DNA of 64,000 nucleotides from Balanoglossus misakiensis (Eukaryota; Animalia; Hemichordata): contig JBECUI020000039.1 of the NCBI GenBank assembly GCA_040954595.2, positions 62,001-126,000 of the forward strand, written 5' to 3'. Position 1 is the first letter of the stretch. Every line of letters begins with the position of its first letter. Below the pieces are notes generated by a model. That model had not been told where the DNA came from. It saw only the letters and a list, made by a program, of their open reading frames with translations, and made no database searches. The translations under genes were made by a program, and so were the position numbers. Below are positions 45,642 to 54,796 of this stretch, piece by piece.

Positions 45642-46039
45642 AAACCTCAAGCAAACGCACACTTTTCGTGGTAATTATTGATACCACCCCTAAATGGGTG
45701 GGGGTTGTGGATGGGGGGCTTATACTAAAATTTTAAGTATAAATTTAAGTTAAAATTATCAGAAGAACCCACCCCGACTTGAAAAAATCTCCGCACAAAC
45801 TTCAATCAAACAGCCACGTTTTGTGGTAGTTATTGATGCCGCCCCTGATGGGTGGGGGCTGTGGATGGCGGGGCTTATACAAAAATTTTAAGTATAAATT
45901 TAAGTAAAAATTGTGAAATGCCCCTTTACTGACACTAATCTCCCGCGCAAACTTCAAGCAAAGGGGCAGGTTTTGTGGTAATTATTGATACCGCCCCTGA
46001 TGGGTGGGGGCTGTGGATGGCGGGGCTTATACAAAAAAA
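45642..46039 (+). repeat. Array A: 3 copies of the ~154-bp intergenic repeat
   Basis: Copies start at 45642, 45797, 45949 (AAACYTCAA...ATRCCRCCCC...GGGTGGGGGYTGTGGATGG...TTATAC). Confidence 0.95.
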
Positions 46040-46092
46040 GTAGATGAAATAATGAATGGAAACCCATCACAAAACTTCACCTACTCCTTCCA

Positions 46093-46129
46093 CAAACAAA
46101 GCAAACCCCTCTCCTTGGTGGAAAGGGGC
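46093..46129 (-). terminator. Intrinsic terminator of giant lipoprotein 1
   Basis: GCCCCTTTCC-accaa-GGAGAGGGGT stem (with G-U pairs) followed by TTGCTTTGTTTG, 18 nt after the stop. Confidence 0.7.
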
Positions 46130-46146
46130 TGGAGCGTATTTTGTAC

Positions 46147-49100
46147 TTATTCTTCCTTATACTCGGGCTGATCGCCAAAGTAGCGTTTGTCATCCGTATC
46201 CCAGAGGTTTGGTGCTTTGCCGTTCCCCAACCAGACCCAGTCTCCCAAATGCTCATCTGTTCCTCCTGTGCTCTGATGAATGGTAAACCCATTTGTATTC
46301 GTAAAGAGTTGTGTACCGGCAGTTGTGGTGGTAGAATCGCCATCGTCGTCCCAGTAGGTATACGGATCGTCGGTTGTGCCCAACCCTCGTCTTTCAAGAC
46401 TGCTCTCACTCGTCAGCGGTCCATATTCGGAAGCTTTCAAAATATCTGATGAAGTTATGCCTTTATTAGCATCCAATCCGGTAGTAGCTAAACTAAAATA
46501 GCCATATACTTCCAGACCCTGTCCATATGAAATAGAACCTCCCAACCCTCCGGTATTTTCTCGCGCAGCTCCTGTTCTTGTAATAAAGGAAAGTCCTGTC
46601 AGTAGCTCTGAAAGCTCAATATTTCCGGCTAAGCCACCACTGTAGTAGTAATGGCGTTCACCCCTTGCATCTATCGTGGCAGTGCTATATCCAATAACGC
46701 TAGTTCCCATAAGTCCTACCAGTCCCCCAATATCGGTGACCCCGCTCACTGTTCCTCTTGAATAGCCGTAGACGGTGCCCACCCCGTTGAATCCGACAAG
46801 CCCTCCTACATGCTCCTCACCAGTAATATTTCCAAGCGAGTAGCCAATAGTAGGACCAGAATCTCCGGAATTGACTATTCCCACAAGACCCCCTACATAA
46901 TCTCCTCCATAGACATCCCCGCTTGTCCAGCCTTCCACCTGTGCATTCTCGGCATAGCCCACAAGTCCGCCAACGACACCCCCACTTGCACCATTCACAT
47001 TTCCTGTATTTTCTCCCCTGTACAAACTCATGCCATTACTGTATCCCATTATGCCCCCGATATGAGTACCAGAAACATAGGAAATAGTTAATGTTCCACC
47101 ATTTGTTTCTACAACTGTTTTTGGATTCGTTACCCGAACACGAATGGATTCTACGGTCCCACTTCTTCCTTCCCCTGCAAGAACCCCTGCTCCCGCCCGT
47201 GCTCTCACTGAAGGATCAATAAAAACAAGATTGCTTGCAACATTTCCCGTAGCTACCCCGAAGAGTCCTGCTCGAATTCTGGTTACATCGTCTATGACAA
47301 AGTTTCGAATAACATATCCTGTTCCTCCGCTCAAACTTCCCGTAAAGGTCGTCGTTGTATCTCCAACTGGAATAAATCCAGTAGTTGCCAGTCCGATTGT
47401 TCCCTTAGTTGGAAAGTCGATATCCGATTTCAGTTCGTATGCACCATCCAGCTTGTCTGCCATTGCCTGAAGGTCTCGCCATGTGTAAATATCCCCGTCC
47501 CCACTCTTTGCTATCGAAACTGTCTTACTGTCGGAATTACTCCCGTCGGTTACACTGATCGTTATCTGAACCGTTGTTATTCCGCTCAAGGCCGCCCAGT
47601 TCCAATCAATGCTTTGCTGATTTGCTCCTATCGGACCTATGCCGACATTCCCTGCCGTATCTACCGTAACCGTATCTGCTGTATCTGCGCTATCGTACAA
47701 GGTATTGCTTCCATCTTCTATCACCAGCCTTGCTGTTATTCCCGTTCCAGTACTATCTGCAAGACTAACAAGGAATGGATTGGCAATATCTCCTATGCTA
47801 AAGTATGCCTGTGATGCTACATTAAAGTTTCCTTTGTATATCAGATTACTGTCTCCGACATAGAGATACAGATCAACTGATTGTTCCACATAGTTGTCCG
47901 TGGAGAGGGTAACGTGCAGTTGGTATCCACCCGGAACGGTGGTATCATCCACCGTTATTTCCCCCGTTCCTGCATTGATACTTATACCCGAGATAGAAGG
48001 AGTCATGCTGTATCCTATTGTTCCGCTATCGGCGGGAATGTCATTTGTTTGCAGTGAATAACTCGTTGTGCTTCCGGTATTTCCCGGTGCTCGGGCAAGA
48101 ATGCCGTAAGCGAATGCATTGTCGGGAAGTGAAATTTTTGCTACCGTTCCTGAAAGAACTGCCATTATGGCACCGCTATAGCTACTATTGCTCGCTTCTA
48201 TCCGGATCTCATATATTCCAGCTTGTGCAGTGGTACTTATTGTTATTATCCCAGCTGCATCGATTGTTATTATCCCTGTATAAGAGGGAATATCAATGTC
48301 GTTTCGGCGTACCGATGTAATACGGTAACTCAAGAGATCGGCTGTTAATCCGCTTGGCAGATCTGCCACCGTTGGCGTGTAGGTTTTTGGATCTGCATCG
48401 TTATACGGATGATCAATAACCGGATAACTCATGGAGCCGGTTATGGCATTTGCTTCCACAACAGTAATAACAAGGTTGATAGTAAGTGTTCCGCCATAAT
48501 TGCTGGTTGTCGGGGTTGCAGTTACCTGAACCGGATATGTTGCAGGTAAAAGCGAATCCGCAACCTGTATTGTTCCGTCTGCATCAATGCTTATACCAAC
48601 GGGAAGACTACCTGAAAGGGCAGTAATGCTATACGTCGCAGCCGCTGCAGAAGGAATGGTATTTACACTCGGATGATAGGATTGTGCAACGCCCTCTCGT
48701 GCATCGGCAAGGGGTCCGTATTCCATGCGGTAATTGCTTAGCTGGATTGCTGTTATTCTTACCTCTGCATTGACAATTATTTCTCCCCAATAGTTGTTAC
48801 GGGTTATTCTCGTCTCTATCTGATAGATACCTATCGGAACAGTATTAGCTATACTAAGGAGTCCATAGCGATAAGCGGACACTCCTTGGGCATAATTCTG
48901 AACTGAAAATCCTGATTGTTGCGGGGTAACACTGGAAAGCTGATACCTCCATTGGCTGGCTTGTTGAACATTCCCCAAGCCATCTTTTTGTAAGTTGTAG
49001 GATGCGCTTGCAGTACCGTAGACTTTCGAAATGGGTTGATCGTAATATGGCAGGTCAGCTACCGGTATATTAAGGACTCTTTGCGTTTGCACAGCCACTG

Positions 49101-52100
49101 ATGCAGGTGATTCTGCTCCCTCATTTCGGGCAATGACCGTTATGCTATAGATTGTATCAGGGTCTAACCCCGTTATGGTATACGACAAGACATTTCCCAC
49201 CTCTTGCTGTCCACTTCCCCACGAAAGTGTATATCCAATTATTGTTGCCTGTCCTCCACCAAGAAGCATGCCCGGATCAGTTGGTTCGCTCCAATCAACC
49301 GTTAGTCGGTACGTTCCATCCGTATCGACTGCTACAAAATTTACAGTTCCTATGCGTGGTACAGTGGGTGCAGTAGGTGCCTGAATGACAGTCAGGGTTA
49401 TCCTGTCTGTTTTGCTGCTATCAAGTACCGAAACGACTGTTACTTCAATTGTTCCCGGTGACACCGTAGTTACTAGCCCATCAGTGCCTATGGTAGCAAC
49501 CGTTTCTCCGGCTACAGTAGGATTCTCGTTTTCTACTCCCCACTGTACTCCGTGATCACTGATATTTTCAGCTACGAATGATGCTAGCAATGCAAGGGTA
49601 TTTGAAGTGAATAGACCCTCTTGGGTCAACTCACTGCCATCTGCCTTGATTATCCGAATACTGTCGATCCCGTTTGCCTTCAGAGTTACCTCGGCAGACC
49701 AGTTACTCATCAGAGATGGAATAATACTGTTTACTGCCCTAATTTGTACATCATATTCTTTTGCTTCTGCTAAACTACTGAGGGTAATGCTCGGTATATC
49801 CGAATCAACCTCTGTCCACGTGCTTGTTCCATGCAAACGATACTGAATATTGTACTTGCTTGCAACTAAACTCCCATCAACATCCTTCCCCTGAACCGCA
49901 TCCCAGGTAATCTTTAATGCTCCAAATCCCTGTTCTGTCAGATCTTTTACCACATTAGCGACACTTGGTGGTGCTTCTGCTTGCGAATCTACAGTCAGAG
50001 TTATCCTGTCTGTTTTGCTGCTATCAAGTACCGAAACGACTGTTACTTCAATTGTTCCTGATGATACTGCAGTTACTACTCCATCAGTACTTATGGTAGC
50101 AACCGTTTCGCCGGCTACAGTAGGATTTGCGTTTTCTACTCCCCACTGTACTCCGCGATCACTAATATTTTCTGCTACCAGATCTGCTGACAGTGCTAGG
50201 GTATTGGGAATTAATATGGTTCTATCCACTTCGGTTAACTCACTGCCATCTGCCTTGCTTATCCGAATGCTCCCGATTCCGTTTGCCTTCAGAGTTATCA
50301 CTGAAGACCAGTTACTCGTCAAATATGTAACCAAACTGTTCACTGCCCTGATTTGTACATCGTACTCTTCTGCACCTGCTAAACTACTGAGGGTAATGCT
50401 CGGTGTATCCGAATCAACCTCTGTCCACGTGGTTGTTCCATGCAAACGATACTGAATATTGTACTTGCTTGCAACCAAACTTCCATCAATATCCTTCCCC
50501 TGAACCGCATCCCAGGTAATCTTTAATGCTCCCAATCCCTGTTCTGTCAGATCTTTTACCACATTAGCGACACTTGGTGGTGCTTCTGCCTGCGAATCTT
50601 CGGTGCGTATCGGCAATACGGGGCTTTGTACCGAAATATCAATACTCGTTGCGGTAATGATCGCAAAGTAGTTGCTCTCCGGATTCAAGCCCCCTATGTG
50701 TATACTCCAGGTATTTCCTGATAATGTCGGTGTATGTTTGTTTCCTTCACTGATAAGATCAGTTTCACTAGTCGAGAGATAGACACGGTAGGTCAGTGGT
50801 ACAGACGTAATGCTCTCCCAGTTAAAATCTATACTTGTCCTTGTTACCCTTGGAGTAATGGTTCCAAAACCGGGAACATCGATTGTTATTTCTACTCTCT
50901 TCGTATCGTCTGCATCAGCTACTGCTTGCACAGTGGTACTTCCGTCTGATAAGGCTGTTACCAGTCCATTGCTTACCCGAATGATGCTCGGATCACCGCT
51001 TGTCCAGAGAACATCCCTATTCTCCACATTGACCCAAGTATCACTTGGAATCTGAAGCTGTGTACTGGTTCCGACTGGGACCGTCAATGTCGCAACCGCA
51101 CCGTTGGCATCATGGATAACAAGATCACGGATTCCGTTTGCCGGAAATGGTCCTGCCACGCTCCACTCGCTTGCCAATGTCTGATTACTACTATTGAGTG
51201 CACGTATCCGGACTTCATAGTTCTCTGTTCCATCAAGTCCACTGAGTGTTTTGCTGAGATTCTCTTCAATCGCTACAGCACTGATCCAGTCTATTGCTCC
51301 CACCTTTCTGTATGCCACTTCGTAACTACTTGCAACAAAGTTTCCTGCAGTATCGGTCCCTTGTCGATCTTCCTGTGTCCAGGTAATTTTGAGTGTTCCA
51401 ATCGTTTTTTCACCCAGATCCTTTCTAATCTCATTGACTTCTCCGGGGTTTGTTGCTTCAACTCCTGCAGTGCTTACTATGAGTAGTTCACTGTTTTCAT
51501 CTATGCTATTTCCGGTTACGGTTACCACAATATAATAAGTGCTACGTGGACTTAATCCGCCCATGGTTATCGTCTCTTTGCCCTCACTCGAAACGGGGGA
51601 GAGAGACAATCGATTGGCTTCCTGTATCACTTCCTCAGCTGTCGTACTGACCGTGGTTGTTCGGTAGACTGCATAACTGACACTCGGGATACTGTGCCAA
51701 CTGAGAACAATTGACCCGGCAGCAGAAGTAAAAAGCACATTGAGTTTCGGTACAGTAATACGTACCGTATCGCTCTTGCTGTCGTCTGCCTCTGCGGTTG
51801 CAGTAATTATTGCTTCTCCACTTCCGACTACTGCTATCCTTCCTGTATCCGTTATTGTTACGACCGTATTACTACTACTCTCCCAGAGTACCCTTGTATT
51901 TGCCACATTCACGAATGTTCCTGCTGCAAGGCTGAGTCTCGTCGTCTGTCCAAGACCGAGATCAAGCTCTGTAATCGAATTTCCGTCTATATCCTGTATG
52001 ACAAAGGGTTTGATTCCATTTGCAAGAAAGGGTCCTGCCACGCTCCACTCGCCTGCCAATGTCTGATCACTACTATTGAGTGCACGTATCCGGACTTCAT

Positions 52101-54192
52101 AGTTCTCTGTTTCATCAAGTCCACTGAATGTTCTGCTGAGAGCCTCTCCAACCGGTACGACGGGGGCACTGATCCAGTCTATTGTTCCCACTTTTCTGTA
52201 TTCCACTTCATAGATACTTGCAACAAAGTTTCCTGTAGTATTAGTTCCTTGTCGATCTTCTTGTGTCCACGTAATTGTGAGTGATCCTATCGTTTTTTCA
52301 CTCAGATTCTTTTTAATCTCATTGACTTCTCCGGGATTTGTTGCTTGAACACTGTTCGTAGTTATCGTGAGAAGGGAACTCATTTCATTGATTGCTCCAC
52401 CAATGAGTGTTACGACAACATAATAGTCGGTTTGTGGATTGAGTCCATCTATTGTCACTGTCTCGGTTCCGTCACTGCTTGTCGGGGTGAGTGATACTCG
52501 ATTTGCTTGCTGTACCACCGATTCTGCGCTCGTGCTTGCAGTGCTTGTTCGGTAAACCTCATACTGCACACCGGGAACACTGTGCCAACTCAGAGTAATT
52601 GCACGGGCTGATGCAATGCCCTCAATCTGTACAGGGGGAACCGTAATAACTACCGAATCAGTGTTGCTTGGATCTGCTCCGGCTGTTGCGCTTATACTGA
52701 CATTCCCACTTCCTACTGCATGGATCCTTCCTGCATCCGTTACCGTTACAATGCTCTCATCTGTACTTGCCCAACGAACTTCCGTATTCTCAACGTTGAC
52801 AAATGTTCCTGCTGAAAGAATGAGCGTGTATTGATTTCCCAGTGTTATGGTATGTCGTTCTATGGCATTGCCTCCTCCATCTTGTATGACAAAGGGTTTG
52901 ATTCCATTTGCAGCAAGCGTTACTTCCTCGCTCCATCCGCTTATCAGAGTATCGTTGGTACTGTTTACTGCCTGTATCCGTATGAGATACTCCGCTGCTT
53001 CATCCAATTCAGTTAGGGTAACGGTCGGATTTCCACTTGTCGGCGAGGAAACAGACTCGTTCTTCCATTCTGTGGTACCGAATTTGCGGTACTGTACGGT
53101 ATAAATACTTGGCACATGGTTCCCATCTATGTCCGTTCCTTGCACGTCTTTCCAGCTGAATGCAAGTGATCCTCTTGTTTTTTCACTGAGCAACTTTGTT
53201 ATGGACGAAACAATCTCAGGAGCACGCTCTCCTGATGCTTGGGTTTCGATTGAGAGAATACCGCTGTTTTCAACAATGTCGCCTCCTGTTGCGGTTACGG
53301 TAATATAATAGGTCATTGCTGCAGTCAGACCATCGATGTATAGACTCCATTCATTGAGTAGCGAGTCAAATATCGGGGCTTCCTGTTTGTTCGCATCATC
53401 TATCAGGATATCAACCGCAGAAGGGTCTTCGGTGCTGAGATAGACACTGTATGTCAAATCAGGAGCAATCGGGTTCCAGCTCAGATTGATTGCAGTTGAT
53501 GAGACATCTCTTGTTATGGTCAATGGTGCAACAGAGGTTTGAATGCGTTCCGGTGCAGTGATGATGGTTGATCGTCCGTTATTGTATCGTACACTTACGG
53601 CAACAGAATACTCGACTTGTGGCTCCAATCCTGATATGGTATGACTGACTTTTGAGGCATCATCAATCAGGATTTCTTGTGTTTCTCCACCAGCTGGGGT
53701 CAGATGAATAGTATATCCGGTTGGCTGTTGTACAAGATTGTTTGGTGCATCCCATGTAACTGTAATTTCGTTAGAAGGATTATTACCCGGTAGAGTAGCA
53801 ATGTTGTCAGCGGTACTTCCTGCATCAACAACATCACCGGTTGCGGGAAGAGTGATTTGAACGACCGGAGAAGAAGACTCACCCGAAACAGTGGAAACTT
53901 CTACTGTATAGATGGTATTTGGTGCAAAAAGTAATCCTTCAAATGTATGAGAAGGAGATATTGCCGTTACTTCGGCAATAATGTCCTGATTGGGATCCCT
54001 GATGATAACAGAATAAGAATGTTCACCAGTAGTGGGTGCTTGCCAGGAAACGGTAATAGAGTCCCCTGCACGAAAATGTGCAGAAAGTGCATTGACAGGA
54101 TCTGGAATATTTCCTGAAGTGGCAGTTCCACCACAGGAAAAAACAAAAGCAAAGAAAACAACAAGTGTTGTTGCAATAAGAACTGAACGCAT
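46147..54192 (-). CDS. Giant surface lipoprotein 1 (~2681 aa): FN3 and Big_2 Ig-like repeats, cadherin/Ig-like repeats, C-terminal GLUG-type region
   Basis: ATG at 54192 with GGAGG; MRSVLIATTLVVFFAFVFS-C lipobox; W..P/GL.P.T.Y FN3 patterns; W.S.D..I.TV...G Big_2 patterns; repeated VGGLVG. Confidence 0.88.
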   Translation of the reverse strand: MRSVLIATTLVVFFAFVFSCGGTATSGNIPDPVNALSAHFRAGDSITVSWQAPTTGEHSYSVIIRDPNQDIIAEVTAISPSHTFEGLLFAPNTIYTVEVSTVSGESSSPVVQITLPATGDVVDAGSTADNIATLPGNNPSNEITVTWDAPNNLVQQPTGYTIHLTPAGGETQEILIDDASKVSHTISGLEPQVEYSVAVSVRYNNGRSTIITAPERIQTSVAPLTITRDVSSTAINLSWNPIAPDLTYSVYLSTEDPSAVDILIDDANKQEAPIFDSLLNEWSLYIDGLTAAMTYYITVTATGGDIVENSGILSIETQASGERAPEIVSSITKLLSEKTRGSLAFSWKDVQGTDIDGNHVPSIYTVQYRKFGTTEWKNESVSSPTSGNPTVTLTELDEAAEYLIRIQAVNSTNDTLISGWSEEVTLAANGIKPFVIQDGGGNAIERHTITLGNQYTLILSAGTFVNVENTEVRWASTDESIVTVTDAGRIHAVGSGNVSISATAGADPSNTDSVVITVPPVQIEGIASARAITLSWHSVPGVQYEVYRTSTASTSAESVVQQANRVSLTPTSSDGTETVTIDGLNPQTDYYVVVTLIGGAINEMSSLLTITTNSVQATNPGEVNEIKKNLSEKTIGSLTITWTQEDRQGTNTTGNFVASIYEVEYRKVGTIDWISAPVVPVGEALSRTFSGLDETENYEVRIRALNSSDQTLAGEWSVAGPFLANGIKPFVIQDIDGNSITELDLGLGQTTRLSLAAGTFVNVANTRVLWESSSNTVVTITDTGRIAVVGSGEAIITATAEADDSKSDTVRITVPKLNVLFTSAAGSIVLSWHSIPSVSYAVYRTTTVSTTAEEVIQEANRLSLSPVSSEGKETITMGGLSPRSTYYIVVTVTGNSIDENSELLIVSTAGVEATNPGEVNEIRKDLGEKTIGTLKITWTQEDRQGTDTAGNFVASSYEVAYRKVGAIDWISAVAIEENLSKTLSGLDGTENYEVRIRALNSSNQTLASEWSVAGPFPANGIRDLVIHDANGAVATLTVPVGTSTQLQIPSDTWVNVENRDVLWTSGDPSIIRVSNGLVTALSDGSTTVQAVADADDTKRVEITIDVPGFGTITPRVTRTSIDFNWESITSVPLTYRVYLSTSETDLISEGNKHTPTLSGNTWSIHIGGLNPESNYFAIITATSIDISVQSPVLPIRTEDSQAEAPPSVANVVKDLTEQGLGALKITWDAVQGKDIDGSLVASKYNIQYRLHGTTTWTEVDSDTPSITLSSLAGAEEYDVQIRAVNSLVTYLTSNWSSVITLKANGIGSIRISKADGSELTEVDRTILIPNTLALSADLVAENISDRGVQWGVENANPTVAGETVATISTDGVVTAVSSGTIEVTVVSVLDSSKTDRITLTVDSQAEAPPSVANVVKDLTEQGFGALKITWDAVQGKDVDGSLVASKYNIQYRLHGTSTWTEVDSDIPSITLSSLAEAKEYDVQIRAVNSIIPSLMSNWSAEVTLKANGIDSIRIIKADGSELTQEGLFTSNTLALLASFVAENISDHGVQWGVENENPTVAGETVATIGTDGLVTTVSPGTIEVTVVSVLDSSKTDRITLTVIQAPTAPTVPRIGTVNFVAVDTDGTYRLTVDWSEPTDPGMLLGGGQATIIGYTLSWGSGQQEVGNVLSYTITGLDPDTIYSITVIARNEGAESPASVAVQTQRVLNIPVADLPYYDQPISKVYGTASASYNLQKDGLGNVQQASQWRYQLSSVTPQQSGFSVQNYAQGVSAYRYGLLSIANTVPIGIYQIETRITRNNYWGEIIVNAEVRITAIQLSNYRMEYGPLADAREGVAQSYHPSVNTIPSAAAATYSITALSGSLPVGISIDADGTIQVADSLLPATYPVQVTATPTTSNYGGTLTINLVITVVEANAITGSMSYPVIDHPYNDADPKTYTPTVADLPSGLTADLLSYRITSVRRNDIDIPSYTGIITIDAAGIITISTTAQAGIYEIRIEASNSSYSGAIMAVLSGTVAKISLPDNAFAYGILARAPGNTGSTTSYSLQTNDIPADSGTIGYSMTPSISGISINAGTGEITVDDTTVPGGYQLHVTLSTDNYVEQSVDLYLYVGDSNLIYKGNFNVASQAYFSIGDIANPFLVSLADSTGTGITARLVIEDGSNTLYDSADTADTVTVDTAGNVGIGPIGANQQSIDWNWAALSGITTVQITISVTDGSNSDSKTVSIAKSGDGDIYTWRDLQAMADKLDGAYELKSDIDFPTKGTIGLATTGFIPVGDTTTTFTGSLSGGTGYVIRNFVIDDVTRIRAGLFGVATGNVASNLVFIDPSVRARAGAGVLAGEGRSGTVESIRVRVTNPKTVVETNGGTLTISYVSGTHIGGIMGYSNGMSLYRGENTGNVNGASGGVVGGLVGYAENAQVEGWTSGDVYGGDYVGGLVGIVNSGDSGPTIGYSLGNITGEEHVGGLVGFNGVGTVYGYSRGTVSGVTDIGGLVGLMGTSVIGYSTATIDARGERHYYYSGGLAGNIELSELLTGLSFITRTGAARENTGGLGGSISYGQGLEVYGYFSLATTGLDANKGITSSDILKASEYGPLTSESSLERRGLGTTDDPYTYWDDDGDSTTTTAGTQLFTNTNGFTIHQSTGGTDEHLGDWVWLGNGKAPNLWDTDDKRYFGDQPEYKEE
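49387..50598 (-). repeat. Near-identical in-frame tandem duplication (609 bp and 603 bp; FN3+Big module)
   Basis: DSQAEAPPSVANVVKDLTEQG...SSKTDRITLTV occurs twice with long identical DNA stretches. Confidence 0.93.
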
Positions 54193-54215
54193 CGCAACCT
54201 CCAAGCGTAAAAGAA

Positions 54216-54244
54216 AGTATAGTAAAAAACAGCAAAAAAGTCAA
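54216..54244 (-). promoter_or_regulatory. Sigma70 promoter of lipoprotein 1
   Basis: TTGACT (54244-54239)-N17-TATACT (54221-54216). Confidence 0.8.
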
Positions 54245-54265
54245 GTAAAATCGTAAAAGTCGAAG

Positions 54266-54285
54266 CCCCCCCCCCCCCCCCCCCC
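54266..54285 (-). repeat. Poly-G20 tract (C20 on +), 21 bp upstream of the -35
   Basis: Direct count of the homopolymer. Confidence 0.9.
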
Positions 54286-54468
54286 TAAAAACTCATTAAG
54301 AGGAGTTTTTTGAGAGGTGCAAATGTGATATTATAGAGAAAAACTGCTTCAATATGTCTTATTTTGGAGATTCACTCCGGGTAATGTTAGTGAAAATGTT
54401 CTTGCATGGTGCTCAATTCTTTTGCACTTTTTTTAAGAAAAAAAGATTTTTTTATGAAGGGCATGGGG

Positions 54469-54759
54469 AAACTTCAATCAAAACGGCAGGTTTTGTGGTA
54501 ATTATTGATACCGCCCCTGATGGGTGGGGGTTGTGGATGGCGGAGCTCATACACAAATTTTAAGTATAAATTTAAGTTAAAATTATCAAAAGAAACCACC
54601 CCGACTTGAAAAAATCCCCGCACAAACTTCAATCAAACTGCCACTTTTCGCAGTAGTACGTTATACCGCCCCTGTATGGGTGGGGGCTGTGGATGGCGGA
54701 GCTATATAAAAAACTTGACTTGAATACCACCTATGGATGGCGGAGCTCATACAAAAAAA
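54469..54759 (+). repeat. Array B: 2 copies plus 1 internally deleted copy of the ~154-bp repeat
   Basis: Copies start at 54469 and 54624; partial ATACCACC/TATGGATGGCGGAGCTCATACAAAA at 54724-54759. Confidence 0.95.
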
Positions 54760-54788
54760 CAAGTCCCAGCCTGGCCAGGACTTGTTTC
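54753..54788 (-). terminator. Intrinsic terminator of giant lipoprotein 2
   Basis: AAACAAGTCC/GGACTTGTTT inverted repeat with a T7 tail, 9 nt after the stop. Confidence 0.8.
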
Positions 54789-54796
54789 TATATTGC

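Noticed and set aside
45728-45757. TTAAGTTAAAA as the XerD arm of a dif/pdif site
   Set aside because: It matches TTATGTTAAAT at 9/11, but there is no XerC-like arm at 6-bp spacing and the match is not kept in all copies.
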